Assembly (NCBI GenBank): GCA_907165135.1
Contig: OU015568.1
Location: 3,658,001-3,722,000, forward strand
DNA length: 64,000 nt
From: Oikopleura dioica
Taxonomy: Eukaryota; Animalia; Chordata
Reading direction: 5' to 3'
The notes beneath the pieces were generated by a model, which was given only the letters and a program-made list of their open reading frames with translations, was not told the DNA's origin and searched no databases. Each line of letters starts with the position of its first letter. Within the stretch, counting starts at the first letter, position 1. The position numbers and the translations under genes were made by a program. Below, piece after piece: positions 11,686-24,603 of this stretch.

Positions 11686-13507
11686 TTACAATCCATTCGC
11701 TGTTCTTCTTGAAGAAATGATTCCAATGAGACCAGAAAGCAATCCAGCTAAGGCGACCATAGCTCCACCGATGTAGAAAGGCAGAATGTAGCTACCGGTT
11801 GACTGGACAATTTGACCCATTCCAACAGACACCTTAAAAGGATGATTTTCAAGATAACGCTCACGGTTGGATTCGCTTACAATCATACAGCTGATTCCAT
11901 TAAAAGCAGTGCTCAATCCAACACAGCTCATTAATTGGCCCTCCAGCTTCACCACTTTCAGGAAATCGGACAGTGTTACAAAAGAAAGTCCTCCCCAGCC
12001 ACCTAAGATTCATCGTATCGTAATTTAACTAGAGGGGAAATACCTTGAAAAGCTCCAGAATAGATACAAACGAAGGCAAAATGAATATTTGAAGGCATAA
12101 GAGGTAGTAGAAAGAATGATAGGGACAAGTTGAGGCAATTGAAGCAGAGGAAATAATGACGATTCATCCAGTCCCTATCTGATAAAATCCCGATCGGGAT
12201 TCTAAAGATTATTGATTCTGAAAAATTTTTAACGAAAATCTACCTGCAGGCGAGTTCGGAAGCGCCCATGATAGTAATCATCGATGCAGCAGTAACTGGA
12301 GTCAGGGAATAAGCACTTTGGGAAAAGGGGGAGACATAGAGGACTCCAGCAAAATATCCACCATTCAGGATCGCTTGAGCGAGCAAGTACAGGTACAACT
12401 CAGGGAGGGAGAAGATCTTACTGTTTTTCAGCTCGGCATTCTGATAATTTTTGTAAAGATGTGCGTCTTTGAGCTTTTCCTGTCAAATTGAGCAGTTGTC
12501 TGGTTTTCTTCCATCTCTTCTTGGTTTGCAATGAGTTTTTCTTCCTTTTTCTCGGCGATGATTTTGGCCTCTTTTGACTTTGGTGTATGCATGAGGGCTC
12601 CAGCAATGAGGAGGTTTAAATAGATTCCACCAAGGATCAAATAGTACCCTAAAAAGTAATAAAGCTTGCACGAGTTAAAAACAGATCGGATATGATGTTA
12701 TCCGAAAAAGAGGTGAAAGGAGTGCATACCTGGGACAGTGAATGTTTCCAGAAGCCATGCAATTATTAGGGGAAATAAAAGCATGCCAACTGAGGTACCA
12801 CATGATCCAATTTGAGTTGCCATCGTTCTTTTGGCTTCCCAATAAACTGCAATTTGATTTAGCGCGGCCATAAAAAGAAGTCCTTTCAGCAGGGCTTCAA
12901 AATCAGAAAACCATAATCTCCTTATTTTTTTATGATTATTTATAAATATTAAAAATAAAATTTTTTTGAGTAACTCAATTTTTATTCATTAGATTGTTGC
13001 CGAAATTTTAAAATCGTCTTTGTTGATAAAATATTGAAACCGTAACAAACATGACGGAAATGATGAAGAACGAAATAAGGGCCACACTGAAATCATACAA
13101 ACGTAATTATTGAATTCTTGCAATAAATTCACAACTCACGAGAAAAGCCGAACAAAGTAAAGCATCACATGCATCAAACCCACCAAAACGCCACTAACGA
13201 CCACAGTTCTTCTATTCCCAAGCTTTGCCAAAATCGGTGACCCAACAAGCCCTCCGACGATGATGCCGATCGAGAAGATTCCAGGGATGTAGTTGACCGT
13301 CACAGCTGATAAGTCGTAGAAACTTTGCATTGGCCCAAGAAGCACGGAGAAAGATCGGCAAAATCCAAAGACCTTTTTCGGAATTTTTATTGAAACTTCA
13401 GAAAAATGTCGAAAAATTAATTTTCCTTCAAAAATCCCTGCCAGAAAATAAACCAAAAACATAGCCAAAACTGTCGCCCAAGCCCACACTCCCCCATCTT
13501 TCTTCAT
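11686..13507 (-). CDS. Monocarboxylate transporter family (SLC16/MFS) protein
   Basis: N-terminal DGGVWAW motif matches the PDGG.GW signature of SLC16. Multiple TM helices, central charged loop, and C-terminal TGSY.LPFYIGGAMVAL. Multi-exon. Confidence 0.85.
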
Positions 13508-14044
13508 TTCTTCTCTGATTCTCAAGTCCTAATCTTCAAATCTCGGTTTATTTTGTCTCTCTTTCAGTTTCGTTGGTTTATTGTTACGCACTCAAAAAGG
13601 TGAGCCGCTCAATATTTTTTATTGTTCTTGACCATCATTTTTTTTCTTATTGTTTTTTTCTCGTTCTCGTAGTAAAAAAGGAAAAGTCAGGTTAACTTTT
13701 TGGCGAGGACCAAAAAATGCTGTGGGCGATATTGAACGATGACGCACCAACTTGAACCTGAAAGGGTTGAAAAATCGATGATAAAAGTGAGATTCTCTTG
13801 TTGTTATAAAATAGCTTTAGGGCGGGCGGAAATTCGGAGAAAAGCAAATTTGGATAATGATCGGCATTGGAAGTCAGAATGGCAATAAAGCAAACAATTC
13901 GTCGGTGAAGAAATAAATTGATGAAACTACTTTAAATTTATACAATAGGATAGAATAAGTAAAAAAGGTGTTGATGTTTACTTTTAAAAACACTTCCGTT
14001 TAGAGGTATTCATTTCTTTGGCAAAGAAAAATTCATTCCGCAAT

Positions 14045-14976
14045 ATGAGCCACTACAGCGGTTTCGGCAACGAAAAACATTTGCATTTTTTTGACGAAGA
14101 AGACAGTTCTTCTCCCGCTCGAAGACGTCTTCTTCGTGATTTAAGACGTCTAAAAGAAGACCCACCAACTGGTGTTGACGCCGTTCCCACGGAAGAGAAC
14201 TTGCTTTTCTGGAATGGTGTCATTTTCGGCCCTGAGAATACAGCCTTTGAAGGAGGAACCTTTCATCTGATTCTCTATTTCACAGAAGAGTATCCGAATA
14301 AAGCGCCGGAAGTGAAATTCACTTCAAAAGTTTTTCACCCAAATGTGTTTGCTAATGGCTCAATTTCTCTTGATATCTTGGAAGAGAACTGGTCTTCAAA
14401 TTACGATGTGTCTTCAATTTTGGTAATCAACATTTTTTAGAAAATGAATTAGTCTTCAGATCATGGCTGTTGATTTCGAGTCCTTTGGTTTTACCCGGCA
14501 TTTTTTTCCGGGCAACCCGCAGATTTTTCAGCGAGTTACTCGCACGGAGAGTCTTTTCACGGGCTACCCGCGTTACTTGTTTTCTCCTTTCCGCCGAGTA
14601 GCTCGCGATTACCCGCAACCCTTTTTGTCGAGCCAATCAGACGAGCAAATTTTCTTCTTTCTAGTCGAAATTTTCGCGAGTAGCTCGCGATTATCCTTTA
14701 CCCATTTACTCGATTTACTCGCACGGGTCTCCGCGCGAGTAACCCGTAGAAAAATCTGCGGGTTGCCCGGAAAAAACTGCAGGGTAAAACCAAAGGACTC
14801 GAAATCAACAGCCATGCTTCAGACAGTCTGAAGTTCAGACTTCGATTCGAAATCTTCTCGATGAACCGAATCCGAACTCGCCTGCGAATACCTTGGCTGC
14901 TCAGCTCTTTACTGAAAACAGAGCCGAATACGATAAGAAAATCGAGGAAATCGTCGAAGCAAGCTGGAGATCCTAA
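14045..14976 (+). CDS. RAD6/UBE2A/B-like ubiquitin-conjugating enzyme with catalytic Cys replaced by Ser
   Basis: [17 protein letters not shown]..., [15 protein letters not shown], and exon 2 (14839-14976) [26 protein letters not shown]. These closely match RAD6-family E2s. Confidence 0.92.
14462..14816. mobile_element. hAT-type MITE (355 bp) in the intron of the E2 gene
   Basis: Long (~85-90 bp) imperfect TIRs begin CATGGCTGTTGATTTCGAGTCCTTTGGTTTTACCC. 8-bp TSD CTTCAGAT/CTTCAGAC (14454-14461, 14817-14824). This explains the mirror ORFs 14463+ and 14815-. Confidence 0.9.
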
Positions 14977-15260
14977 TGAAAATTATGAGAGTAAAGTCGT
15001 AAATGCTCATTTCTTATAACAGCTCATTGCATACAGACCCGACAGGCTACCTTGGTACTGTAAATCTCCACTGAACAATCTACAAATAAAACAGAACCGA
15101 ATCACGATGAACTAATGAATTTCGAAAAATCAACATGGACCTATCCACTTCGAAAGAGCATAATGTCCAGAGCATTAAAATTTTAGTTTCGTCTGAAAAA
15201 TTGATCTTGGCACACGTGAAGGTTCTAAAAACGCTCTTTATTGGAAGTAAAAGCTAAAGA

Positions 15261-16312
15261 ATGAAACAGAATTATACAAACTTCTGGCAGAGAGAAAATT
15301 CTAGAGAAGAAAAAGAAGAAAATTTTAATGTGGAAATTTATCGTCCTGAATATTTTATTCGCAGGAAAGTTTTTGAAGGCAAAAAATACAAGAAAAAAGG
15401 TCTTTTTATGATTTTTATCATTGAAAAACGGAAGAAAGGGATGACCTTAGGAGCATTATTCGCGATGATTTCGAACAAATGGGCCGTAATGAGCGATTTC
15501 GACAATTTTCAAGGCGGAAAGACAAAAGCATCCATGGGAATTTGGGTGAGTCAAGCAAGTTTTCTTTTATTAGTACTTCGGGTCGTAATACAGTAAATAT
15601 GCGCTGTCCTTGAAGCTGTCAGAAAATTCACAAAATAGCCATTTTTCAGTGCTATAAAATTGTATTCTAGCGATATTGCTCACAAAACTCGCCTGGAATG
15701 GAAGCCTGTGATGTCAATTCTCTCACGTCTTTGAACAATCATCCAGCAAGTGTCATCATCAACAGAGTTCTTGGAGTACTTTCAGTCTCTTTTATGTTCA
15801 TTTCCTTCATTATTCTCAATTTTTCGACGCTTACTTTTTTCCGTCTGCCCGTGGAGACATTCAAACGCCTCATCCGAATTTCTTCCATTTTCATGCTCCT
15901 TGGATTTGCTCTTATATCTGTTACAACTGTCATTTTCGCAGTGGAGATCAAAAAGTCTTGGGATGCACAAGCAATAAGAAACTCTTGTATTTACTGTTAC
16001 ATTATGCAATGGGACTTTGGCTGGGCACTGTATCTCATTTGGTCAGAAGCTTTCATTATGATACCTACAGGGAAAGGATTTAATATGGCTAGGGTTAGGG
16101 TTAGAGTTCTTCTTTGAAGAAGAAAACACTAGAATGCAAATCTTAAAAAAACTTTTGAAGAAATCCTTACCTTAGCTATCATTTTAATCTGTCTGCCGAA
16201 AATTATGATACCTAATGAAAAATTTGACCCGGAAGAAAACTATGAAGAAGAAATGAAGGAGTTTCAGCCACCAAGAAAATACTCGTTTGATTATTCTGAT
16301 GGATACATTTAA
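15261..16312 (+). CDS. Claudin/PMP22/EMP-like tetraspan membrane protein (5' end uncertain)
   Basis: W...(S)MGIW motif in loop 1, two central TMs, and FGWALYLIW before TM4. The last exon 16176-16312 (AIILICLPK...YSDGYI*) is joined via a GG-AG intron. Confidence 0.75.
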
Positions 16313-17100
16313 TAAAAAATGAGCTATCTTTCCATTGCTTTCAAAACCATATATATAAATTTCCAATAGTTTAAAAAATTTTTTTTCGCTTTAGTATTGT
16401 TGAAATATTGTAACCACGATCAATTAAGTTTTGAATTCTAGCGTCATGTTTTGGTGGGCGATCTCAATCGTATTTGAAAAGGGCCCCTTTTGATCCAAGC
16501 TTTGCTCTTGGTCATATCACTACTACGCAAATGTTTGCCAAAAGCCTCAAGATCAGCTTTTTTTGTCATGTGTGCCCAAAGAAAGAAAAAAAAGAGAAAC
16601 GAATCTCGAAGCAATTTCTGAATTTTTTTTTTGAATGTTGAGCTAGAATCAAGACGAGCCAATAAGCTGAAGGACGTACTCAAGCTGTAGTTTTATGCCT
16701 TTATGATTACAAATCGGGCGCGAGGCCAAATAAAAAGCTCAAGAGCAAGGGCGAAAAAGTAGGAAATAGAGAGATTATCTGCTGAAACAGAAAAGAACAA
16801 TTTGATATCAAGGAAGGGAAAATGATTCTGAAACAGAAGATCAAGCACTAAGATGAAGTTTCTATTCAAAGGAAAAGCTCAAAGATATGACTATTTTCTT
16901 CATTATAAAATACCTCAACTACGAACAGGGATAACTTTAGGGTTTTACGACATAAATTTATTTTTAACAAACCTATATGGAAGGAGATTAATATAAAAAC
17001 AACTTCAAGAAAATAACATTATGATTTTTGACGAATTTAAAGAGTCTGTCGGTCAAGTCTGTCATTATAAAAGCTTCTCAAAGTCATATTTTTCCTCTCC

Positions 17101-20100
17101 TTGCAATCTTCCTCTGCTGATCCCCATTCCCCAGCTATTCTGAACGATGAGCTCAACGAACACTGCCACCAAATCCCGAATCATCAGAGCATGAAATGCT
17201 TCTTTTCAGAAGATGAAAAATTCTCACTGTTTTGTTCCTGCGGAGAGTCTGTCTGCGATGAGACCTGGGAAAAGACATGGAAGCACAACTCGCAAGAAGT
17301 TCAAGTCGACGAAGATGATATTACGAGAAGATTGACGCTCAAAGGCGGTTCGGCGAAAAATGGCTACTCGGAACTCGATATTTTCATGAAACACAGTCTC
17401 CAGGGCAATTTCACTTGTTTTTCGAAGTCAGATTCGTCATCGGAAGTTTCAATAATGGAATATCATATTGCCGTTCCTCATCTAGACGACAAGTTCCAAA
17501 TCGACGCGCGAATCCGCTCGCCTTATTCAGAAGATGCTCTTTTCACGACAAAAGTAGGAAAGGAAATCGAGCTCGAATGTAAAGCGCCTCTTGGAGAGCC
17601 GGAGCCGGAAATCAGCTGGTACAGAAACGACAAAGCAATTGACAATCACCGCCCGCGGAAAGTCCAAGGAAAATCCATTTTGACAATTCGATCTGTAAAG
17701 CTTGAAGATACCGGACTATACGGGTGCGAAGCAAGAGCTAGAGTTGGCTCTCAGTTATTCAGTAAATTCTCTGAAAGGGTAAAAATCCTGGTGGAGTCGA
17801 AGCCAAAGATTTTCGATCTTCTCATTTGCCCGGAAAAGAGAGTGAATTCAAGGGCTTCGCTGAGCTGTGAATTCAGGAACGGAGATTTTAAGATGATGAA
17901 CATTAATCTCTTGAAACAGTTTTGGAATCTCTGTTGTTAGAGGCGAGCCACTGCCAGAAATTTACTGGGAAAAATGTGAAAGTGATGAGAAAAAGAGCGA
18001 TCCACAGAGAAACGAACAAGGGTGTAAAAAGTGGGAAGGACCTAACAATACACATGTTAATGAAAATGAACGGACGGTGCGAAGTACGATCAATTTCAGG
18101 AATAGCTTCTTATGATTGAAATATTTTGTAATGGTAAAATTTTAACATTTCTAGCTTAGTTAGGAATTCACATACGGGCACTATACAGTAGACTACACTG
18201 TGTAAATTATGTCACAACAATAAAAGTATGAAATTTTCGATAAGTCTCAGAGAATCTTGAAGTTATCGTCTCTTATAAGCTTCTCTAGAAAAATCAAGCT
18301 CTCGGACTCCGGAGTCTACCGTTGCTGGGCGATAAATCATCTTGGAGAAACTCCAAGCCAGTGTGTTCAAACTGTTTATGAAAACATCGAAGTTGTCAAA
18401 CCCCTTTCACAAACTAAGTACGAAGGCGCAGATGCCAGCTTCTCCTGCGGCGGTGCTGGTGCGAAAGTGATTAGTTGGGAATTTTATCCGAAGAATGAAG
18501 ATCCAAAGATAGTCGCCTTTAGCAAAAGAGAGAGGGTGAAGGATGGAGTCGCGAAGATCTACTTTGAAGCTCAGAGTCTGTCAGACAGAGCGCGTAGAAA
18601 CGACAGACTGACGGCAAACTGGATCTGGACGAGGTCAAATTCACTGAATAAACTTGAGATCAAAAGAATCAACGAGCAAAACGCGGGGAAATATCTTTGC
18701 ACAGTCGTTTACGATGGCCCAAATGAGGAAAATGAACATTTATTAGAAGCGACATTGACTGTACCGAGCCAGTATGAAATAAGGGGCGCCAATGTTCAGA
18801 AATACGTCGGTATCAGTTTGGACAAGGACTCGGTTTGTAATGTTCATCTATGCGGTGTTACTTGCTCAGGTAAAGAAAAGACCGTAATTTGTTATCAAGG
18901 CTCATTTTTTTGAAGTTAAAAGTAATGTTAATGCGAAAAATAACTTATAATTATTGATGCATCCTTTGCAAATGAAGTGCTAAAAATATTTTTAAAATAA
19001 TTAAATTGAATTTTTAGGGGTCAATGCGAAATCAATCCAATGGAAGAGTCCTCATGAGAGTGAAATCACCGAAAAAGAGGTTGAAAAGATGATCACTCAT
19101 TCCGAATCTCGGAACTCGGAATCCGAAACCTTCTCAAGAATCAACTTTGGCTCCCTCGGCCCTGACAACATTCAAAAAGTCCTCGGTCGCTGGGAATGTG
19201 TTCTTATTCCGAGAAAACCTGGCAAAGCGAATGTAATAACGAAACAAGTCGATGTCTTGTTGAAGAGCAACGAAACGATGCAGAGAGACTTGATGAACAT
19301 TAAGCTTCAAGATTTGAATGTGGATGAATTGATTTCATTCCGCCCTAGTTTTTGCCCAGACAACTGTGTTTTTCTGATCGTTTATGGGGGCGACAAGGAT
19401 CGAGTTAAGATTTACAGCTTTCCGATTAGATCAAATTACCAATAGATCCCTTTTTCATAACTGATAAAAAGTCAACCCGAATTTTGGACACACTTTACTG
19501 CAAAAAATTCCTGAAGAGCTCAAAAATTGACCCGAAAATATCCCACCAAATCGCCATCATCCCCGCCTTCGAAGAACACACGCCTCGGGGCGAACTACAA
19601 TTCATAACTTCTCGCGGGATCATCCGCAAGAAACAAATCCAATCTCAACAGCTGGCGGAAGAGAATGGGATCTTCGCTTCTACCATTCTTCTGATCAAAC
19701 CAACAGCTTCAAATGATTTTCAACGAATAACCGCAAAGAAATTACAGCTCAATTTTCATGACACAAATACGTCGTTGTTGATTTCATGGGAAGAGCCGGA
19801 CATTCTTGAAATGGGAAGATATTACATAACGAAATTTCTGATCGAAATAAATTTGCCACAGCTGAGCGAGAAAAATGGAATCATTGAAGAAGAAATTTTG
19901 TCAGGAAAGAAAAAAATCGCAGTCAATCTTTCAAAATATTACTCTCACGAAGACCTACGTCAAGTCAAAGAAGTCCATGTGCGCCTTCGTGTCGTCAGTA
20001 GAATCTACCAATCTGAAGCAATCTCGAAGAGTCTCAACATTCTCATCCTCGAGGAGCCGGAAAAATCGCAACTTAGTATTGGACTCTTTATTGTTGCAAT

Positions 20101-20783
20101 GCTTGTGGCGATACTGGCGATTGGAACTGCTATCTGCACCTGTCTCTGTTTCCTGAGGCGGAAAAAGGAGGATTCCAAGCGAGAATCTGAGTCGTTGGAA
20201 ATTCCACCGCCAGAAAAAGGGTACACTGATGATTATGCTAGAGAATGGGATCAATTAAATCCACCGTCGGATATTTCTATAGCTGATTTCAGCCAAAATA
20301 GGGATGAGTTTCATTTTCATTAATTCTATCAAAAAAAATTGGTAAAAAACTCATAACAAGCGACCAAAGAGACAGTCACGCCGCTCGAATACAGAAGCAA
20401 ATTCTAGAGGACCAAGATTTTAACCAAAAGCGACCAAGGAAACGCGGCCGAAAGCGCCTTGCTAGACCTGCGGAAGATGACCCTTATGAAGGAGAAGACG
20501 AACTCGACGAGCCACAAGCAAAGTTTGTTCTTCCGCAAATGGATCCAAGCAGAAATTCGACATACAGTGATCAATTTACTGTTTCTGATCATGACGATGA
20601 TGATTGTAAGCTTGTTGCTCGTTTCATGTAAGAATAAATTCAGGTTATCGCTCAGGAAGATACGGAAATCGACCAGTAGGAATTGTTCCTCCGTATACGC
20701 CACCAAGAGCTGCAAGCCAATTACAGTACATTCCAAGCTACAATAGAGATGATGGACAGAAATCGATAAGATATCAAGCTGAT
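17101..20783 (+). CDS. Ig-superfamily single-pass receptor (several Ig domains plus FN3-like region; Robo/L1/DSCAM-like architecture)
   Basis: Ig motifs ELECKA..PEPEISWY, DTGLYGCEA, DSGVYRCWA and NAGKYLCTV. FN3-like LLISWEEP. TM IGLFIVAMLVAILAIGTAICTCLCFL. Tyr/Pro-containing tail. The start codon was not resolved. Confidence 0.8.
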
Positions 20784-20912
20784 AACTTCTGATCATGCCC
20801 CTTGTAAATAAAATTGACCAATTAAACGTTATGTTACCCGCTTTGAGAAGAATGAAATCTGTTTCCGTTTCGCTTATACTTTCTCACTTGCAGTCTATTG
20901 AAGTCAGTTTGC

Positions 20913-21941
20913 ATGATGCTATTATGTATTTTTATAAAACTTTTTGTGATTTCTGCGGAGAGATGTTTGTTGGTAATTTTGCGGAAATACAAGTGTAGAT
21001 AAAAATTAAGGGACGAGGAACTCTATCAAGAGTGCAGGCATCTGTGCCGAGTTGATTTTGGGTACTGTCAATTTTTATGTGAGACGGACTATTGCCTATC
21101 AATTTGTGAGAGAGAATACAGCCGTAAGTAAGGACAAGCCTTCAGTTATTTTATGAATAAGTTTGTCTTTCGTCCTGTCCATGTGGGGAAGACTGTCCTG
21201 CGGGCTGTGTTGATTGTCCCAATCCTATTTGTCGAAACGAGACAACCACATCGACAACGACTACAACTACTACGACTACAACTACCACTACTACAACTAC
21301 CACAACGACAACTACCACAACGACCGTTTCAGATACATGTAAGGAATGTCCAAACGGATTCTGCTTCGATATTGGAGCTGGTTACAAATGTTTCACCGGT
21401 TTATCTTTGAAAAATGTCAAGTATCAAGTCCGTTGGGCCTTTCGGAAAGTTTTTTAAAAATCTTTAGAAATATATCAATTGCGGCCCCGCTGTGCATCCT
21501 GATGATTATGAATCCAAAATTTTCACGAAAGGAGGGAATACTGGTAAATACCAGTATCTTACTTTGAGTGCTGATGAACACTTGTTATGGTTGACTCCAA
21601 ATTTTTGGGAAAATGAAACGTTCAATGATGAATATTTTATTAACACGCATGCTTTCGATGGTAGAGGAGTTGTAGCTTATACAAAGGGAGGAAACATACG
21701 CGACGAAATTTTCCACAAAGACTCGGCCGGAGCACAGAACACAGAAGAAATCTGGAAATTCGAAAAATACTGCGATGAAGAAGCGCCTGGAATGTGTTTT
21801 TTCTGGAGAATTCGCGCAGTTCATGCACATTCGTACACAAATTTATATGTGCAAGCACAAGAACATGTTGATTATTTATATCTGGGGGAGATGAACGGAC
21901 ATGACGAAGATGAATTCTTGTGGACTCTTGAATTTCACTGA
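20913..21941 (+). CDS. Secreted protein: Cys-rich module, poly-Thr linker, small Cys domain, possible beta-trefoil C-terminus
   Basis: Hydrophobic start MMLLCIFIKLFVISA. Spliced CRHLC...CLSICEREYS|VCLSSCPCGEDCPAGCVDCPNPIC. Thr run, then a C-terminal domain with repeated E..W.F/L (EEIWKFE, DEFLWTLE). Confidence 0.75.
21243..21325 (+). repeat. (ACN)n poly-threonine coding repeat (mucin-like linker)
   Basis: acaaccacatcgacaacgactacaactact... encodes about 25 near-consecutive Thr. Confidence 0.9.
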
Positions 21942-22430
21942 GTCAAAGTCAAATAAATATGATTGGCATGATTATTCAATTTTGTAAGAATTGTTCGAGT
22001 AACTCGAACTTCGAGTTTGTTGTTATCAAGATCTATTTGATTTTTAATGGCAGATGAAATCGAATTCCCTTTAGGCTGTAGGCTACAGCCTGTAGGCAAC
22101 ATTTTAGCCGCGAGAAATCTTCACTATCTTTATAATTTATAGTCTATAAATTGGCTTCCCCCACCTTTTTACTACTTTCCTATAGTCTAGAAGACACAAC
22201 AAGACTTCACTTATATATTCTACATAGGAACCATGGTCGTTTGCCTTATCATGATGAAATCTAGTTCCTCCCTCCAATAAAACACAATTCGACTTCCGCT
22301 TGACATATTTTATTGCCAAAATCAATTCGTCGCTCAATTCGTAATCTCTACTCCCATCGTTGATTGACCATCATAAAACTTCTCTCCCTCGGTATAAAAT
22401 CTGCCTCTCCTCCTCAAACTCTATCAAACA

Positions 22431-24308
22431 ATGAATATGGAAAACAAAAATACACTTGAGAAAATTTTCGAAATCTTCAAGACTGAAAAGGGATCTTTGA
22501 ACCTCTCCAAGTTCGTCAAAACCCTCAACGACTTTGGAATTCTCAACGATGATCCCCGCCTTGCTCCCTTTTTGAAGCGAGTGAAAGAGCTCCAAGAGAA
22601 AAAACAGCTGAACTTCGAGGCGTTTCTTTCCGTCCTCGATCCGACCATCGAGCCACTGATCGTGAAGGCTTTCTCTGGCAAGTTGATCATCCCTTCATTC
22701 AAGGAGTTCAAAAAGCTCGTGGAAGAAGTCTTCGAGGACGTCCGTGATTGTAAGGATGGCAAAGCTGCTGATTACATCCCCCAGCTCGCGAGAGTCGACC
22801 CGGACTTGTGGGGACTGTCTGTTTGTACTGTTGATGGACAACGATTCAATCTGGGTGATTTTGAGAAGGTAAGAAAAGTCTTCCTTGATTTCATGAGAAA
22901 ATTGCTTATTTCAGATTTATACGATTCAATCGACTTCAAAGCCCTTCACTTATGCCATGGCCCTCGACCTCTACGGAAGCGATTACGTTCAAGAATACGT
23001 CTCAGCCGAGCCGTCCGGAGAAGGCTTCAATGAAATCTGCCTTGATGATAATAATAAGCCGCACAATCCGATGATTAATGCCGGAGCTATTGTCACTTCT
23101 TCCCTCGTCAAGCCAGAGTTAAATTTGGGTAAAAAAATCTGAACTTTGATTTGATAAAGAAAAATTATTTAGCCGATCGATTCGAGTACATGATGAACAT
23201 CTTTCGCAAGCTTTCTGGCGGAACTTATGTCGGTTTCAACAATTCTGTTTATCTTTCGGAAAAATCTGTCGCCGACCGAAACTTTGCCCTTGGCTACTAT
23301 ATGAAGGAAAACGACTGCTTCCCAAAAGGCAGCTGCTTGAAAACCATCTTGGAATTTTACTTCCAACTCTGCTCGATTGAAACAAAATGCTCAGCGCATT
23401 GCATCATGGCTGGAACTTTGGCGAACGGAGGAGTCTGCCCGATTACCGGGGAAGAAGTTCTGGACGATGTCAGTGTCCAGCATACTCTCAGCCTTATGCT
23501 TTCTTGCGGCATGTATGACTACTCTGGGCAGTTCGCTTATAAAATTGGATTGCCTGCGAAATCGGGCGTGTCTGGATCGATTCTCGTCGTGATTCCAAAT
23601 GTCATGGCGATTTGTCTTTATTCGCCAAGGCTAGACAAGCTTGGAAATTCATCACGAGGGCTGCTCTTTATGGAAAAATTGCTCAAGAAAGTCAACCTGC
23701 ATCAATTTGATAGGTAGGAAACTCGATCAAAGGCCCCTCTTTTAACATTTTCAGCGACAACAATGCGGCAAAAATCGACCCAAGAGGCCATATCAGTGAC
23801 TTCAAGGACTTGGAGAAAAACTCGATTCTTCAAGCGGCAATGACGGGAGATTTGGAGATGCTCCGTCGACACTTTTCAAACGGAGCGGATATTGATGTTC
23901 GAAATGTGATCGGACAGACGATTCTGCACATTGCGGTAGCTGAGGAAAATATGCGAATTGTCAAATATCTTGTTGACGTCTGCGAGGTAATGAGCTCCTT
24001 CTTTTTCGTTTCAAATGGATTTTGAAGATGAATTTGAACGCGAAAGATACTTGGGGAGAAACACCACTTGACATTGCGGAAAAACGCGGAAACATCGAAA
24101 TCTCAACCTTTCTCCGCTGCAGAATGATTCTCAAAGATCTCGACAGCAGGTTTGACTAATTGCATGCTAGAACTCCCGATTGTCAACGTTCTTTAAAAAG
24201 GTTTTCTATTTCAGCCAAATCGCCAAAAACCGACAAGAACTTGCCGGACTCAAGGAGCAGCGAACAAGCGTCGGATCAGAAGATTCTGGAGTAGTGACAT
24301 CTTTCTGA
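22431..24308 (+). CDS. GLS: Glutaminase (kidney/liver-type architecture: EF-hand-like N-terminus, catalytic domain, ankyrin repeats)
   Basis: ADYIPQLARVDPDLWG, catalytic QSTSKP, KPHNPMINAGAI, GMYDYSGQFA..IGLPAKSGVSG, then ankyrin repeats (GQTILHIAV, WGETPLDIA). A probable last exon ends at 24308. Confidence 0.95.
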
Positions 24309-24603
24309 CAAAAATTGCCGTAATAAGTGAAAAATAAAAATGCCAAAATAAATGATCAAAAAGCAGCTTAATTTTGTTTATTTCACAAAGTTCGTTCTTT
24401 TCCCACGAAAAAAATGCTTACATTGCCATTTTCGCATAAACCTGTCAATATCAAATAAATTAACGCGCTGCGTAATAATTATCCAGAGCGAAAGTGATGC
24501 TATCAAGGTGTTTGCCACCCTTTTACGAGCAATTATCATCGCGAAAAATGGGCTCTGACTTTCCTTTTTATTTTCGACTTGTTTCTTTTTCACACAAAGA
24601 ATC

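Noticed and set aside
14463-14831. Two ORFs starting [11 protein letters not shown] on opposite strands
   Set aside because: Artefact of the MITE's long terminal inverted repeats; not genes.
22070-22100. Short TGTAGGC/CTACAG palindromic repeats (also ~4150-4175)
   Set aside because: Too short to define an element or function.
22137-22337. 66-aa minus-strand ORF upstream of glutaminase
   Set aside because: No motif or splice support; length is compatible with chance.
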